A stretch of 64,000 bases of DNA from Eledone cirrhosa (taxonomy: Eukaryota): assembly GCA_964016885.1 (NCBI GenBank), contig OZ024759.1:20894001-20958000 (forward strand), read 5' to 3'. This document shows, in pieces, positions 14,015 through 30,466 of the stretch (the first letter of the stretch is position 1; each line of letters starts with the position of its first letter). Made by a program: the position numbers and the translations under genes. The notes under the pieces were generated by a model that was not told the origin of the DNA, did no database searches, and worked only from the letters and a program-made list of their open reading frames with translations.

Positions 14015-14081
14015 CTGTCTATCTTTCTCACTATCTCTTTCTCTGTCTGTCTCTCATCATCTTTCTCTTTCTCTCCCTCCG

Positions 14082-14113
<32 letters not shown>

Positions 14114-14497
14114 CCTCCGTCTCTCTCTGTCTCTTTATCTTTCCATCTCTCTATCTTTCTCTTTCCATCTCTCTATCTTTCTCTCTTTCTCTCCGTCTCT
14201 CTCTCTGTCTCTCACTCTCCGTCTCTCTCTCTCCGTCTCTCTCTTTATATTTCTCTCTCTCTATCTTTCTCACTGTCTCTTTCTATGTCTCTCTCTCTCT
14301 CTCTCCGTCTCTCTCTCTCTCTCTCTCTCTCTCCGTCTTTCTCTCTCTCTCTCTCTCTCCGTCTTTCTCTCTTTCTCTCTCTCTCGCTCTCTCCGTCTTT
14401 CTCTCTTTCTCTCTCTCTCTCTCCCTCCGTCTTTCTCTCCGTCTTTCTCTCTCTCCGTCTTTCTCTCTTTCTCTCCCTCCATCTCTCTCTTTATCTT

Positions 14498-14562
<65 letters not shown>

Positions 14563-14790
14563 ATCTTTCCATCTCTCTATCTTTCTCTCTTTCTCTCTTT
14601 CTCTGTCTCTGCCCTCTCTCTCCCTTTCTCTCTCTCTCCCTCCGTCTCTCTCTTTATATTTCCCTCTCTCTATCTTTCTCACTGTCTCTTTCTCTGTTTG
14701 TTTCTCTCTCTATATATATATCTTTCTCTCTCTCTCCTTTTCTCTCTCTTTCTATGTCTCTCTCCCTCTATGTCTCCGCCCCCCTCTCTC
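13960..14790. repeat. (CT)n-rich polypyrimidine tract
   Basis: Directly visible; a comparable (CTTT)n/(CTT)n tract at 28725-29325. Confidence 0.95.
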
Positions 14791-15850
14791 ACCAATTCCC
14801 TTACAATATTATCTCAACAACTCTTGACAGCATTGATAACAATTTATAAGGATCTAACAGCGAACACTTCTAAATCTTTCGTCACGAATTCCCCATAAAA
14901 TACACATCCAATACATTCCAATTAATTTTGAAAATGATAAAACATTTGTAAGGATTTAATAATTTTGTCATTAGTAATCCGTTGTTTGAAATATTACTTT
15001 AAATAAAATTATGATTTAATGTTTTTCTATGAAAAGGAATGTTTAAATATGAGCAGTTTTGTATAATAAAACCAGAAGCTAAACGGGCATACACAAACAG
15101 TGGGGTTGGGATTTGTTGGGGATGTTTAAGGAGCGTTTGGTCCGAACGTGGAAGAGCCGAACTCCCACTGTCATCGCCTTCCTCATCTCTCTGTATGGGG
15201 AGCAAATTGGGTCCCACGTGCTGGTCTCCCCACAGCCCCGGCAGACAGAATGAAGAAGGCGTTTCCCCGGAGGATGGTAAGAGAGATTCGCTGGAAGAGC
15301 CATTCCATCTCGTGAGGCTCACACCTGCGGCTAGTCAGCTCAGTGCCTATGGTAGTGAGTAGGATGTAGCCCTAGGGCCAAGGACACTAGAAGTCTCCAG
15401 TGCCAAGGGCACGACCTCAAACCTATCGGAGAGCGACCGGTACTTGGAGAGACTAAGAACGTGTCTCTCGATGAACCATATCAACAACATTAAACATTTT
15501 CTTTTATAAATTTTCATGCATAATTATTCTTGTGTAACCTCGGCTTAAAAGCAAAATGGTGTCATGTGAAACCATGCCAGCTGTTGTTGCAGTTGCATAA
15601 CTGCAGTGCACTGGTGTTCCCTGTATCATGCCCCATGGATTACACCCTGGAAATAGATTCCTGCATAGTTTGACCTGAATATCCCTGCGGGATGAAAAAC
15701 ATCACCCGTCAAAGGAACTCAATAGAGTCAGCGGCCATCCAATACATCTTTTTTTTTTTTTTTAGCGAGAGTCTGTTCGCCTTCATTAAGACCTCTCTCT
15801 AGGAGAAGGTCAAGCTGATATGAAGTCGTGTTGCAGCTATCATATATGTC

Positions 15851-15931
<81 letters not shown>

Positions 15932-16019
15932 GTGTGTATGTATGTATGTGTGTGTGTGCATATATATACGTATATGTATATATGTGTGTATGTATGTGTG
16001 TGTGTGCATATATATATAC

Positions 16020-16053
<34 letters not shown>

Positions 16054-16115
16054 GTGTATGTATGTATATGTGTGTGTGTATGTTTATATATATATATATG
16101 TATATATATGTGTGT

Positions 16116-16157
<42 letters not shown>

Positions 16158-16198
16158 ATATGTATGTGTGTTTATATATGTATATATGTGTGTGTGTT

Positions 16199-16229
<31 letters not shown>

Positions 16230-16382
16230 ATATGTGTATATTTATATATATAGGTATGTGTATATATATATGTATATATATGTGTGAGTATATGTGTATA
16301 TGTATGTGTGTATATATATATATATGTATATATATATATGTATGTGTATATATATATGTATGTGTATATATATATGTATGTG

Positions 16383-16413
<31 letters not shown>

Positions 16414-16414
16414 G

Positions 16415-16474
<60 letters not shown>

Positions 16475-16635
16475 AGCACACACACATTAGAGAGAGAGAG
16501 AGAGAGAGAGAGAGTAACAACGTGTTAAATAGATAGCTATTTGAAAATGTACCTGCATCGGATCGTGTGTATGGATGAGAAGAAAGAAGATATGTGAAGG
16601 CGGAGGGAGGGAGAAAGGTGAGACGAAAGGGAAAG

Positions 16636-16700
<65 letters not shown>

Positions 16701-17657
16701 TGTGTGTGTGTGTGTGTGTATCAGAAAATGAATGATAGGTTAAGATTAGAAAGATGTGCTGTGTGTGTGCTGTATATAGAGTTCCATGGAAGGTACGGGC
16801 AGCAGCCATGTCTTATAGAAAATTTCAATAACAGCAGACGACAGCGAGTCGATCACTTTACAAAATGGTGAACTTCTTACTGTCGGTCGACAGTGTGTAT
16901 GTATATGTGTGTGTTAGTGACTGTGTGTCTGTATTTATGTATGTATGGGTGTATGTATGAATTTGTATTGCATTTATGTATGTATGTGTGCATGCTTGCA
17001 TCTGTATTTAGGTATGAGAGTGAGTTTATGAAGGTACACATGATTTTTCCTCTATGTGTATATGTATTTCTGTGTGTGTGTTCGCTTGTTTCTGTGTGTA
17101 TTTATGTATGTATGGGTATATGTATGTATCTGTCTATGTATGAGCGTGTGTATTTATGTATGTATGTATCTGTGTAAGTAAGAGCGTGTACTTATGTATG
17201 TAAGTATGTATGTTTTGTCTGTATGTATATAAAAGATATTGAATATGTGTGTGCGCGTGTTTGTCTGTAAATGTATTTATGTATGGGTATGTATGTGTGT
17301 TTGAATGTATTAATGTATGCATGGGTATATGTATGTATAAGTGTATGCATGTATTTATGTATGTATGGCTATTTTTATTATGTCTGTATGTATGTATTTA
17401 TGTATGTATGGGTATATGTAAGAATCTGTGTATGCATGTATGTATTTATGTATATATGGGTATGTGTAAGAATCTGTGTATGCATATATGTATTTATGTA
17501 TAGGTATATGTATGTATGTATGTATGTATGAGCGTATGTGTGTATTTATGTATAGGTATATGTATGTATCAGTGTATGTATGTATGTGTGTATGAGCGTA
17601 TGTGCCCGTGTATGTATTTATGTATCCATAAATGTGTGTGTGTGTTTATGTATATAT

Positions 17658-17694
<37 letters not shown>

Positions 17695-18223
17695 TGACAC
17701 GGTATGTTTGTGTGTGTTGGCGCTCAGCCTTTTATGAGCAGACATATATCATAGACACAGAAGTCCATGCATGACTCTCCCGTCGATACCTTGTGTGTAT
17801 GGAACCCAGGAGCAGGACCCATTTATTGTACGCGTCTGCATGTATGTATGTATGTCTGTGTGTGTATAGATATGTATATATATATATGAGTATGTGTATA
17901 TATATATGAGTGTGTATATATATATGTATATATATGAGTGTGTGTGTGAATGTATATATATACGTGTGTATATATATGAGTATGTGTGTATATATATGTG
18001 TATATGTGTGTATATATGTGTGTATATTTGTATATATATATATATATATATGTGTGTGTATATATATATATATATATATGTGTATATATATGTATACATA
18101 TATGTGTATATATGTATACATATGTGTATATATGTATATATATGTGTATATATATATGTATATATATATATATATGTTTATATATGTATACATATATGTG
18201 CATATATATATATATATGCACGG

Positions 18224-18278
<55 letters not shown>

Positions 18279-18310
18279 TATATATGTATACATATATGTG
18301 CATATATATG

Positions 18311-18375
<65 letters not shown>

Positions 18376-18682
18376 AATAAGTTGCACCAATGGTAGAAGA
18401 CTGGACTCTATGTTCTATGACTACGGCTGTTGTATGGAATGCCCAGCTATTTACACGTTAATTTCACGATAGGGGGCTCTGCTGTAGATCGAATAATTGG
18501 AATAGTCCTCGCAAACCAAAGGATAGGAAAGGTTCAATCATATTTGTATAAATATATATATATATATAATGTATATAAGTATGTATATATATATTTTAAT
18601 ATACGCATGTATATATGTATACATGTATATATATTTCTGTGTATATAGAAATATATTTATGCGTATGTATAAATATATTTAC

Positions 18683-18721
<39 letters not shown>

Positions 18722-18799
18722 TGTATATATGTATAAATATATTAATGTATATATTTATATATATATTTATGTATATATTTATATACGTAAGAATATACA

Positions 18800-18841
<42 letters not shown>

Positions 18842-19030
18842 TAATTATGTAAATATGTATAAATATATTATTGTATATATTTATATACGTAAGAATATAC
18901 ATGAATATATATATATATAGAGAGAGAGAGAGATATATAGATATATATAGATATAAAAATATATGAATAAATATTTGTGTATCTTTGTGTATATATATAT
19001 GTGTGTGTGTGTGTGTGTATATTTATATAC

Positions 19031-19065
<35 letters not shown>

Positions 19066-19098
19066 TATATATATTTACATACATATATGTATTTATGT

Positions 19099-19224
<126 letters not shown>

Positions 19225-19469
19225 TCACGCAGACACTCACGCATAAAGAGAAGAGACGTTATGATATGAAAAGGAATATATGATAAATCATCGTTGATAT
19301 CGGAATACATAATGTAAGCACAACAATAACAACAACACCAATAAAGAAGATATTACTTGTAATAAAAACACAATAAGAATCTACCCGAAAAATATGTAAA
19401 AAAATTAGAAGATATTGAAGTGACGATAACATAGCACCGTAAGATATGTAATATATTGTATATTTTATA

Positions 19470-19576
<107 letters not shown>

Positions 19577-19627
19577 TTATATGTATGTATATATATATAT
19601 GTATGTATATATATATGTATATATGTT

Positions 19628-19725
<98 letters not shown>

Positions 19726-19867
19726 TATATATATATATATATGTATATGTATATATATATATACACATGTATATATATATGTGTGTATATATATATGTGT
19801 ATATATATATATATATGTATGTGTATATGTATATATATATACATATATATGTATACATATATATATG

Positions 19868-19898
<31 letters not shown>

Positions 19899-19913
19899 GT
19901 ATATATATATATG

Positions 19914-19944
<31 letters not shown>

Positions 19945-20197
19945 GTATATATATATGTATATATATATAGGTATATATATGTATATATATATGTATACAT
20001 ATATATGTGTATACATATATGTGTATATATATATACATATATATATATATTATATATATTTATATATATATACATATATATAAATATATATTTATATATA
20101 TATATATATTTATATATATATACATATATATATTTATATATATACATATATATATTTATATATATATATATACATATATATAAATATATTTATATAT

Positions 20198-20242
<45 letters not shown>

Positions 20243-20319
20243 GCATAAACACGCAGATAATTATATATAAGTAATATAGTGTGTATACATATTTGTGTGA
20301 GTGTCTGTATATACATGTG

Positions 20320-20373
<54 letters not shown>

Positions 20374-20405
20374 AATATATACATTACACACACAGACACA
20401 CACAC

Positions 20406-20453
<48 letters not shown>

Positions 20454-20578
20454 GGTAATATCTTTAAAAATGTGCTGAATACAACGAACCGTCATCATTC
20501 ATAAAGGAAGAGATGGACATGACTATCACAGAACACAAAATAGATAGGATTAATGGTGTGATAATACATATATACATA

Positions 20579-20638
<60 letters not shown>

Positions 20639-20668
20639 TATGTATATCAATATATGTATGTATATATG

Positions 20669-20725
<57 letters not shown>

Positions 20726-20770
20726 ATATATATATATGTATGTATATCAATATATGTATGTATATATGTT

Positions 20771-20839
<69 letters not shown>

Positions 20840-21042
20840 ATATGTTTATTTATATATATATATATATATGTGTGTGTGTAGGTATGTATATATATGTAGG
20901 TATGTATATATATATATGTAGGTATGTATATATATATATGTAGGTATGTATATATATATATGTAGGTATGTATATATATATATATATATGTATGTAGGTA
21001 TGTATATATATATATGTATATATATATGTAGGTATGTGTATA

Positions 21043-21094
<52 letters not shown>

Positions 21095-21175
21095 TGTGTG
21101 TATATGGGGGGAGGGGTACATGTAATACGGGAAATGTAAATAGACAGGAATGTATGTATTTAAATAAATATCCAC

Positions 21176-21244
<69 letters not shown>

Positions 21245-21374
21245 GAAATTCAATATAAAATATAATGACAATGGATTAACATGAGGAGATATATATATAT
21301 GTGTGTGTATGGTTATATGTATTATATATGTATTGTATGTATATGTATAATATATATATATAAATTTTAAAAAA

Positions 21375-21409
<35 letters not shown>

Positions 21410-21480
21410 CTCAAACGCGTGTATATTTAAGCACGCACAAACATATACATATATGCATGAATTACACACATATATATATA

Positions 21481-21522
<42 letters not shown>

Positions 21523-21785
21523 CACACACATATATATATGCGTGTATATATATATATACATGTGTGTGTGTGTAGAAAGAGAGATAATATCCAAATACAG
21601 GTGATATAACATGGCAAAATGTAGAATGTAGTCGGTAGGAAAATGTCTGTGGTAAAAGTAGATGAGGTAATATAGAGACAGACTAGAGACTACATAAGTG
21701 GGAGTGAAGATTGCTAGGACACGGCTGACACCTCTCACTTGCAGCTGTATCATCTACGGTTATCTCTCTATCTATCTGTCTATCC

Positions 21786-21841
<56 letters not shown>

Positions 21842-22232
21842 CTCTATATATAAATATATAGATATATATGCATACAAATATATATATACATGTATGAATA
21901 TATGTATGGACATATATGTATATATATATATACATTTATATGTATACAATTGTTTATATATATATATTAACATGTGTGTGTGTATATATCTATATATATA
22001 TTTACATATATATATGTGTGTGTGTGTATATACATATATATATGTATATGTATATATATGTGTGTATATACATATATATATATATGTCTATATATATTTA
22101 TATGTATATGTAAATATACAAATATATTTGTATATTTATATATACAAACTACATTATATACATTTATACAACATACATATATATACACATACATACTATA
22201 ATATATATATTTATCTATGTGTGTATATATCT

Positions 22233-22421
<189 letters not shown>

Positions 22422-22427
22422 TATAAT

Positions 22428-22465
<38 letters not shown>

Positions 22466-23026
22466 TATAATCCTATATATATATATAATCCTATATATAT
22501 ATAAGTTATATATCTATATACATAAGTTATATATAAATGAATATAATGGAATATTTCTCTAGTAAGATGAGAAAACCTCAATTCCTGATTAAGGTCCTCA
22601 GAACACAAGGAATTCAAACGATCGATATATTGCTCCGAATATTAAAGTCGTTGCCGTTAAGGGCAGGGGGGGAAGCAGAGTATAAATGTTTAAAATGAGG
22701 AGACGAACATTTTTCAAATTAAATTCGTTTTTAATACCTACGATAGTTTGTATACAGGTGATATATATATATACACATGCATGCATACATACATATATAC
22801 ATAGAGAGAGAGATAAAAATGTATATATATATATATGAAACCGGTAAAAACTTAAAAACTTAAAACCACAACTGAATACTAACCCATACAATCACTAATA
22901 CTCTTTTATTCCTAATTAAACCATTTTTCAACTGTGAACAATTTGTCAGCATTTTCTATTCCGTTTACCAATATATATATGAATATATATATATATATAA
23001 AAAATATATAGAGAGATAAATATATA

Positions 23027-23091
23027 TATTTTGTCTGATGAAGGCATACCATAATTTAATTTGGTATCCCTGAAATATGTATAATGAAATA
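23027..23091 (+). ncRNA. Minimal hammerhead ribozyme (family E)
   Basis: TATTTTGT-CTGATGA-AGG..CCT-GAAA-TATGTA-T-A-ATGAAATA; stem I kept through G-U pairs; paralog at 26574. Confidence 0.7.
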
Positions 23092-23224
23092 AATATGGTT
23101 TTATAAATATAGTTTCCATTTATTAATATCGTATATCTACTCCAAATACTTGTCCAGTGCTTTATATCAGTTATAAAAATATTTACTTGTTGTATCCCAA
23201 CAATTTTAAATAGAACTTTTGCAT

Positions 23225-24420
23225 ATATATGAATATATATATAGATAAATATGTGTATATATATACATATGAATATATATAGAAAAAATATATAGAGAGA
23301 TAAATATATATATATGAATATATATATATAGATAAATATGTGTACATATATACATACATATGAATATATATTGAAAAAATATATAGAGAGTTAAATATAT
23401 ATATATATGAATATATATATAGATAAATATGTGTATATATATACATATGAATATATATAGAAAAAATATATAGAGAGATAAATATATATATATGAATATA
23501 TATATATAGATAAATATGTGTATATATATACATATGAATATATACAGAAAAAATATATAGAGAGATAAATATATATATATGAATATATATAGAGATAAAT
23601 ATGTGTATATATATACATATGAATATATATAGAAAAAATATATAGAGAGATAAATATATATATATGAATATATATAGAGATAAATATGTGTATATATATA
23701 CATATGAATATATATAGAAAAAATATATAGAGAGATAAATATATATATATGAATATATATATATAGATAAATATGTGTATATATATACATATGAATATAT
23801 ATAGAAAAAATATATAGAGAGATAAATATATATATATATATATATATATATGAATATATATATAGATAAATATGTGTATATATATACATGAATATATATA
23901 GAAAAAATATATAGAGAGATAAATATATATATATGAATATATATATATAGATAAATATGTGAATATATATACATATGAATATATATAGAAAAAAAATATA
24001 TATATATGAATATATATATAGATAAATATGTGTATATATATACATATGAATATATATAGAAAAAATATATAGAGAGATAAATATATATATATGAATATAT
24101 ATATATAGATAAATATGTGTATATATATATATATGAATATATATAGAAAAAATATATAGAGAGATAGATATATATATATGAATATATATATATAGATAAA
24201 TATGTGTATATATATACATATGAATATATATTGAAAAAATATATAGAGAGATAAATCTATATATATGAATATATATATAGATAAATATGTGTATATATAT
24301 ATATACATATGAATATATATAGAATAAATATATAGAGAGATAAATATATATATAGATAAATATGTGTATATATATATACAATGAATATATACAGAACAAA
24401 TATATAGAGAGATAAATATG
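23225..24420. repeat. ~87-bp AT-rich minisatellite, ~13-14 units
   Basis: GAAAAAATATATAGAGAGATAAA recurs at 23282, 23373, 23460, 23547, 23632, 23717, 23803 etc.; unit length varies with TA number. Confidence 0.9.
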
Positions 24421-24509
24421 TATATATATAGAGAGAGAGAGAGAAAGAGAAAATATATATACAGATAAATATGTATATATAGATAGATATAATTATATAT
24501 ATATATATA

Positions 24510-24700
24510 AATAATTGTTTCTACTTTTGGCACAAGGCAAGCAAATTACCCAGTACATTACTGGTACTTTATTTTATCAAGGCAAGCAAATTACCCAGTA
24601 CATTACTGGTACTTTATTTTATCGACCTCGTAAGGATGAAATAAAGTACCAGTAATACACTGGGTAATTGCTGGCCTTGTGCCAAAAGTAGAAACAATTA
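24510..24700. mobile_element. Foldback Nin-SINE 3' halves with internal 45-bp duplication
   Basis: Minus-strand SINE tail/core 24510-24640 joined to plus-strand core/tail 24640-24700. Confidence 0.8.
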
Positions 24701-24817
24701 TTTATATATATATATAATTATAGCTGTCTATATATATATACATATACATATATATCTCTATAATAATAATTTATAAGGGAACAAAGAATCATTGTTGCAT
24801 CATATACATATTTAATT

Positions 24818-24909
24818 ACATATTACATATGTTTCACTGCCGATCAGCTCGAGGGACGATCTATTAATGATCGATCCTGGATCTGGAATCGGAAGCTCCT
24901 CAGATATGT
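24818..24909 (-). ncRNA. Type I hammerhead ribozyme with long stem II
   Basis: Minus strand ACATAT-CTGAGGA-GCTTCCGAT..ATCGGCAGT-GAAA-CATATG-T-A-ATATGT. Confidence 0.8.
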
Positions 24910-25236
24910 GTTAACATATAGAGTCGCGCCCAAGAGCGAGTTGGTTGGATAGTTAGATATTTATCCCGGTTCATCAATTTAGGCTGTCACACACTCTGCT
25001 AAAGGAATGTGTTATAGCCATATTCCTCCTGTTAAATTGTATTCGAGTGCTCATCTTGGCATACTGTGTACGGACGCAATTAATTTGCACCTCTAATACC
25101 TATATATATATATATGATGAAGGGCTTATGTCTGAAATGTCGCAACCACACAGTCCCACTCTCACCAAGCGTGAAATTAATAATATTTGTAACATTCACT
25201 TCTGCGTTTGTCTGTTTTTTGTTTTCTTTTATTCCG

Positions 25237-25279
<43 letters not shown>

Positions 25280-25280
<1 letters not shown>

Positions 25281-25435
25281 CGATTAAATAAAGTACCAGT
25301 AATGCACTGGGTAATTGCTGGCTGAGTTCAAATAACGCCGAGGTTAACTTTGCCTTTCATCCTTACGGGGTCGATAAAATAAAGTACCAGTAATGCACTG
25401 GGTTTTGCTGCCCTTGTGCCAAAAGTAGAAACAAT
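25280..25435 (+). mobile_element. Permuted Nin-type SINE
   Basis: 3' core fragment precedes B box-core-tail. Confidence 0.75.
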
Positions 25436-25941
25436 TATATTATATACATCACAAAAGTGAACAGTCCTTTCTCTTCAGTCAACCTCTATAATGGATATCA
25501 CAGTAGTCTTTGTTCATTAAGATTGATACTGTTTATTCTTATGTATATTGGGGCTCAACAAAACATGGCGACACAGGAAAAGTTTTGCCTTTTAGCGAAT
25601 TATACAAATGAAGACGAAAAAATATATATATAGTTAAACCAATGCTACAAACCAATGTGTTGGAACTGAGAGGAAAGACATAGAAAAGTGGGGCAAGGTA
25701 GTTTCGCCAAAATAAGGAAAAACAGGAAGGAGACAAATATATATTTGGAATATAGTCATATGTACTATGACGAAGACCTCTGAGTACTGAGGGCCAAAAC
25801 AAATACCGCAACATGTTCAAGGGATTCTGTCTATTCTATTAAGACCTCTTATTATTTCCTGCTATTTTAAGCGTTAAACTGATATATTCCTTCCATAGAC
25901 TGTACCGATTGTGTTGTTATTTCTGTTTACCTTTTACATAC

Positions 25942-26224
<283 letters not shown>

Positions 26225-26226
26225 TG

Positions 26227-26266
<40 letters not shown>

Positions 26267-26309
26267 GACGAAACATAAGTCAATTGCATGAACTCATAAT
26301 CCTTTATTT

Positions 26310-26365
26310 ACTGCTATATATATTTCGATGATAGCCATTGAATGGCTATGACCTCATCAGGCAGT
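26310..26365 (-). ncRNA. Minimal type I hammerhead ribozyme
   Basis: Minus strand ACTGC-CTGATGA-GGTCATAGCCATT-C-AATGGCTATCATC-GAAA-TATATA-T-A-GCAGT. Confidence 0.85.
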
Positions 26366-26404
26366 TAGTCAGTTCTTAGATATGCCAGCTCTGTGTTTAG
26401 AGTG

Positions 26405-26458
<54 letters not shown>

Positions 26459-26573
26459 GAGGTTGTATTTAATTTGTTGGGATTAAAAATAAAGGAAGCT
26501 ATCCAGGAAGCTCCAACCGTTAAGGTTGTCTTTTTTTCCGGGTATGTCAATATTTATTTATAAACCAAATCTG

Positions 26574-26639
26574 TATTTTATCTGATGAAAGCGCACCATA
26601 ATTTACCTTGGTTGCCCTTGAAATATGTATAATAAAATA
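26574..26639 (+). ncRNA. Minimal hammerhead ribozyme (family E)
   Basis: TATTTTAT-CTGATGA-AAG..CTT-GAAA-TATGTA-T-A-ATAAAATA; perfect 8-bp stem I. Confidence 0.85.
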
Positions 26640-26670
26640 AATATGGTTTTATAAATATAGTTTCCATTTA

Positions 26671-26734
<64 letters not shown>

Positions 26735-26737
<3 letters not shown>

Positions 26738-26875
26738 CGGAGGAAATGTGGTAAGGAACCAGGTGGACCATAACGCACCAAAGTACTCAATACTTTGGGT
26801 AGTAGAGTGGGTAATAGGAACGAATTAGCCGTCGAAACGGCTTGAGCTCAGCCGTCGGGGTCCTACTCGTTCCTA
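26735..26875. mobile_element. Foldback element family C (long arm truncated before inversion)
   Basis: Same body; inverted arm again ends CCTA-(TA)n. Confidence 0.8.
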
Positions 26876-26900
26876 TATATATATATATATATATGTGTGT

Positions 26901-26941
<41 letters not shown>

Positions 26942-26993
26942 TGTATGTATATATATATGTATGTATATATATATGTATGTATGTATATATATG

Positions 26994-27027
<34 letters not shown>

Positions 27028-27095
27028 TGTATTTATATATATATGTATTTATATATATATGTATATATATATATATGTATATATATATGTATATG

Positions 27096-27126
<31 letters not shown>

Positions 27127-27271
27127 GTATGTATATATATATGTATATATATATATGTATGTATATATATATATGTATGTATATATATATATGTATGTAT
27201 ATATATATATATGTATGTATATATATATGTATGTATATATATATATGTATGTATATATATATATATGTATG

Positions 27272-27307
<36 letters not shown>

Positions 27308-27697
27308 TGTATGTATATATATATATGTATGTATATATATATATATGTATGTATATATATATGTATGTATATATATATATATGTATGTATATATATATAT
27401 ATATAAAGAGAGAGAGAGAGAGAGATTATACAGAGAAAAATCAGGATTTTGCCAATTTTAACTAGTCAGACTGTTACTCAACAGAGTACTCAAGGTTTTG
27501 AATAGTAGGGTGCTACCTAACGATATTAGCCTGACGGAGAGCTCAGTCGACAAACCCTAACACTCTCTAATATATCTATACCTATATATATTGGTTGGAC
27601 AGACAACACAAATTAAAGATGCAGGAGGATGATATATGTATGTGTTTGTATATATATGTATATACATATGTATATATATATATATATGTGTATATAC

Positions 27698-27763
<66 letters not shown>

Positions 27764-27766
27764 GTA

Positions 27767-27827
<61 letters not shown>

Positions 27828-28054
27828 TTATACATATATATATATGTTTATACACATATATAAATATGTATATACATATGTATATACATATATATATATG
27901 TATATACATATGTATATATATATGTGTGTGTGTGTGTGTATGTATATATATATATGTGTGTGTGTGTATATGTATATATATATATACATAGATATATGTA
28001 TATATATATATATACATAGATATATGTATATACATATATACATAGATATATACA

Positions 28055-28098
<44 letters not shown>

Positions 28099-28131
28099 TA
28101 CATACACACACACACATACATACATACATAC

Positions 28132-28164
<33 letters not shown>

Positions 28165-28290
28165 CATACATACATATATATATATAAACATACATACATA
28201 TATATATACATATATACATATATATACATACATACATATATATATACATATATACACATACATACATACATACATACATACATACATACA

Positions 28291-28324
<34 letters not shown>

Positions 28325-28755
28325 CATATATATATACACATACATACATATATATATACATACACATACATACATATATATATATACACATACATACATA
28401 TATACATACCACCCACCCACCCCTTACACAGAATACACCCAGGCTAAACAAAACAATGCTGAAGTTACCCACTGCCGAAAATACGAGAATCTAGTTAGCC
28501 ACCATTATGGGCGGGGAGTCATTTTGATTGTCACTCTAGCGTTTCTGTTAAATCGCCGCCAACGTTGTAGATATAATTAGAGGACCTTGGAAGCAGCTAT
28601 TTGAAAATTAATAATCAGCCGAGCGGAATATTCCAAATTCCAAGCCATATTCTTTAACCAAACATTTTGCACAGTTTTATAGCGTTTGCCGCCAAACCTA
28701 GTCAACCATGAACGAATATTACATCTCTTTCGCTCTCTTTCTTTGTCTCCTTCCC

Positions 28756-28799
<44 letters not shown>

Positions 28800-28855
28800 T
28801 TTCTTTTTCTTTTTCTTTTTCTTTTTCTTTGTCTCTTTCTATCTTTCTTTGTCTC

Positions 28856-28911
<56 letters not shown>

Positions 28912-29836
28912 TCGTTGTCTCTCTCTTTCTTTCTTTGTCTCTCTCTCTTTCTTTCTTTCTCTCTCTCTCTCTTTCTTTCTTTTCCTCTTTCTTTCTCTCT
29001 TTCTTTGTCTTTCTCTCTCTCTCTCTTCGTGTCTCTTTTTTGTTTCTCTTTCTCTTTGTTTCTCTTATTCATTTGTTTATTTATTTATTTATTTATTTCT
29101 ATCTTTCTTTCTTTTTTTTCTCATTCTTCTTCTTTTGTTTGTTTTTTTCATTTCTTTTTTTTTTGTTTTTAATTTTTTCTATCTTCTATTTCTTCTTTTT
29201 CCCTCATCTTTTCTTCGTTTTCATCTTTTTCTTAATTTTCTTCTTTTTTCTTAATTTTCTTCTTTTTTTCTTCTTCTTCTTCTTCTTCTTCTTCTTCTTC
29301 TTCTTCTTCTTCTTCTTCCCTTCATCGCCTGTCATCTTTTGTAACAGTGTTATCATTGCAGTTGTTATTATTGTTGTCTTCATTTGTTATACCCCCCCCC
29401 TCTCTCTCTAGATTTCATAACCTTCCTCCATCCCTATTTCTCGGCTGCTACACACACTTTCATACCTGTATATATATATATGTGTATATATATACACATA
29501 TGTGTGTGTAAGTATGTATATATATATACACACATACACACTTTTAATACATACACACACATATATATTTACATATATACAAAAAAAAAGTGGACAAACA
29601 CACACGTGTAATTTGCACGCATATATGCCCTCATATATACACTATATACACTCATATATACACTATATACACTATATACACTATATACACTCCGTTTATT
29701 GGATTCAGTAGGTGAATTACTTCTTGAACCGTGGAATTCCGGAAATGTCTTTAAAAAGGAGTAAATATCATCACCTATACACACACATACACACACATAT
29801 ATATATATATACATACATACCCATATATATATATAT

Positions 29837-29928
<92 letters not shown>

Positions 29929-30082
29929 GCATGTATACATACATACACACATATATTTATATATACACACATGCATGTATACATATATAAGCACACATAT
30001 ATATATATTTATACATACCCACATGCATGTATAAATACACACACACACACATATATATATATATACACATATATATATATAC

Positions 30083-30117
<35 letters not shown>

Positions 30118-30202
30118 CATAAATATATATATATATACATGAATATATATATATATACAAAAATATATATATATATATACATAAATATATATATATATAT
30201 AC

Positions 30203-30237
<35 letters not shown>

Positions 30238-30287
30238 ACTATACATAAATATATATATATATATATATATATACATAAATATATATA

Positions 30288-30329
<42 letters not shown>

Positions 30330-30434
30330 TATATATATATACATATATACACACACATATATACATACATGTAGAAATACACATATACGGATATATACAT
30401 GAATGCAACTCCCATCTTCTGTCTTTGACTCTAT

Positions 30435-30435
30435 T

Positions 30436-30466
<31 letters not shown>

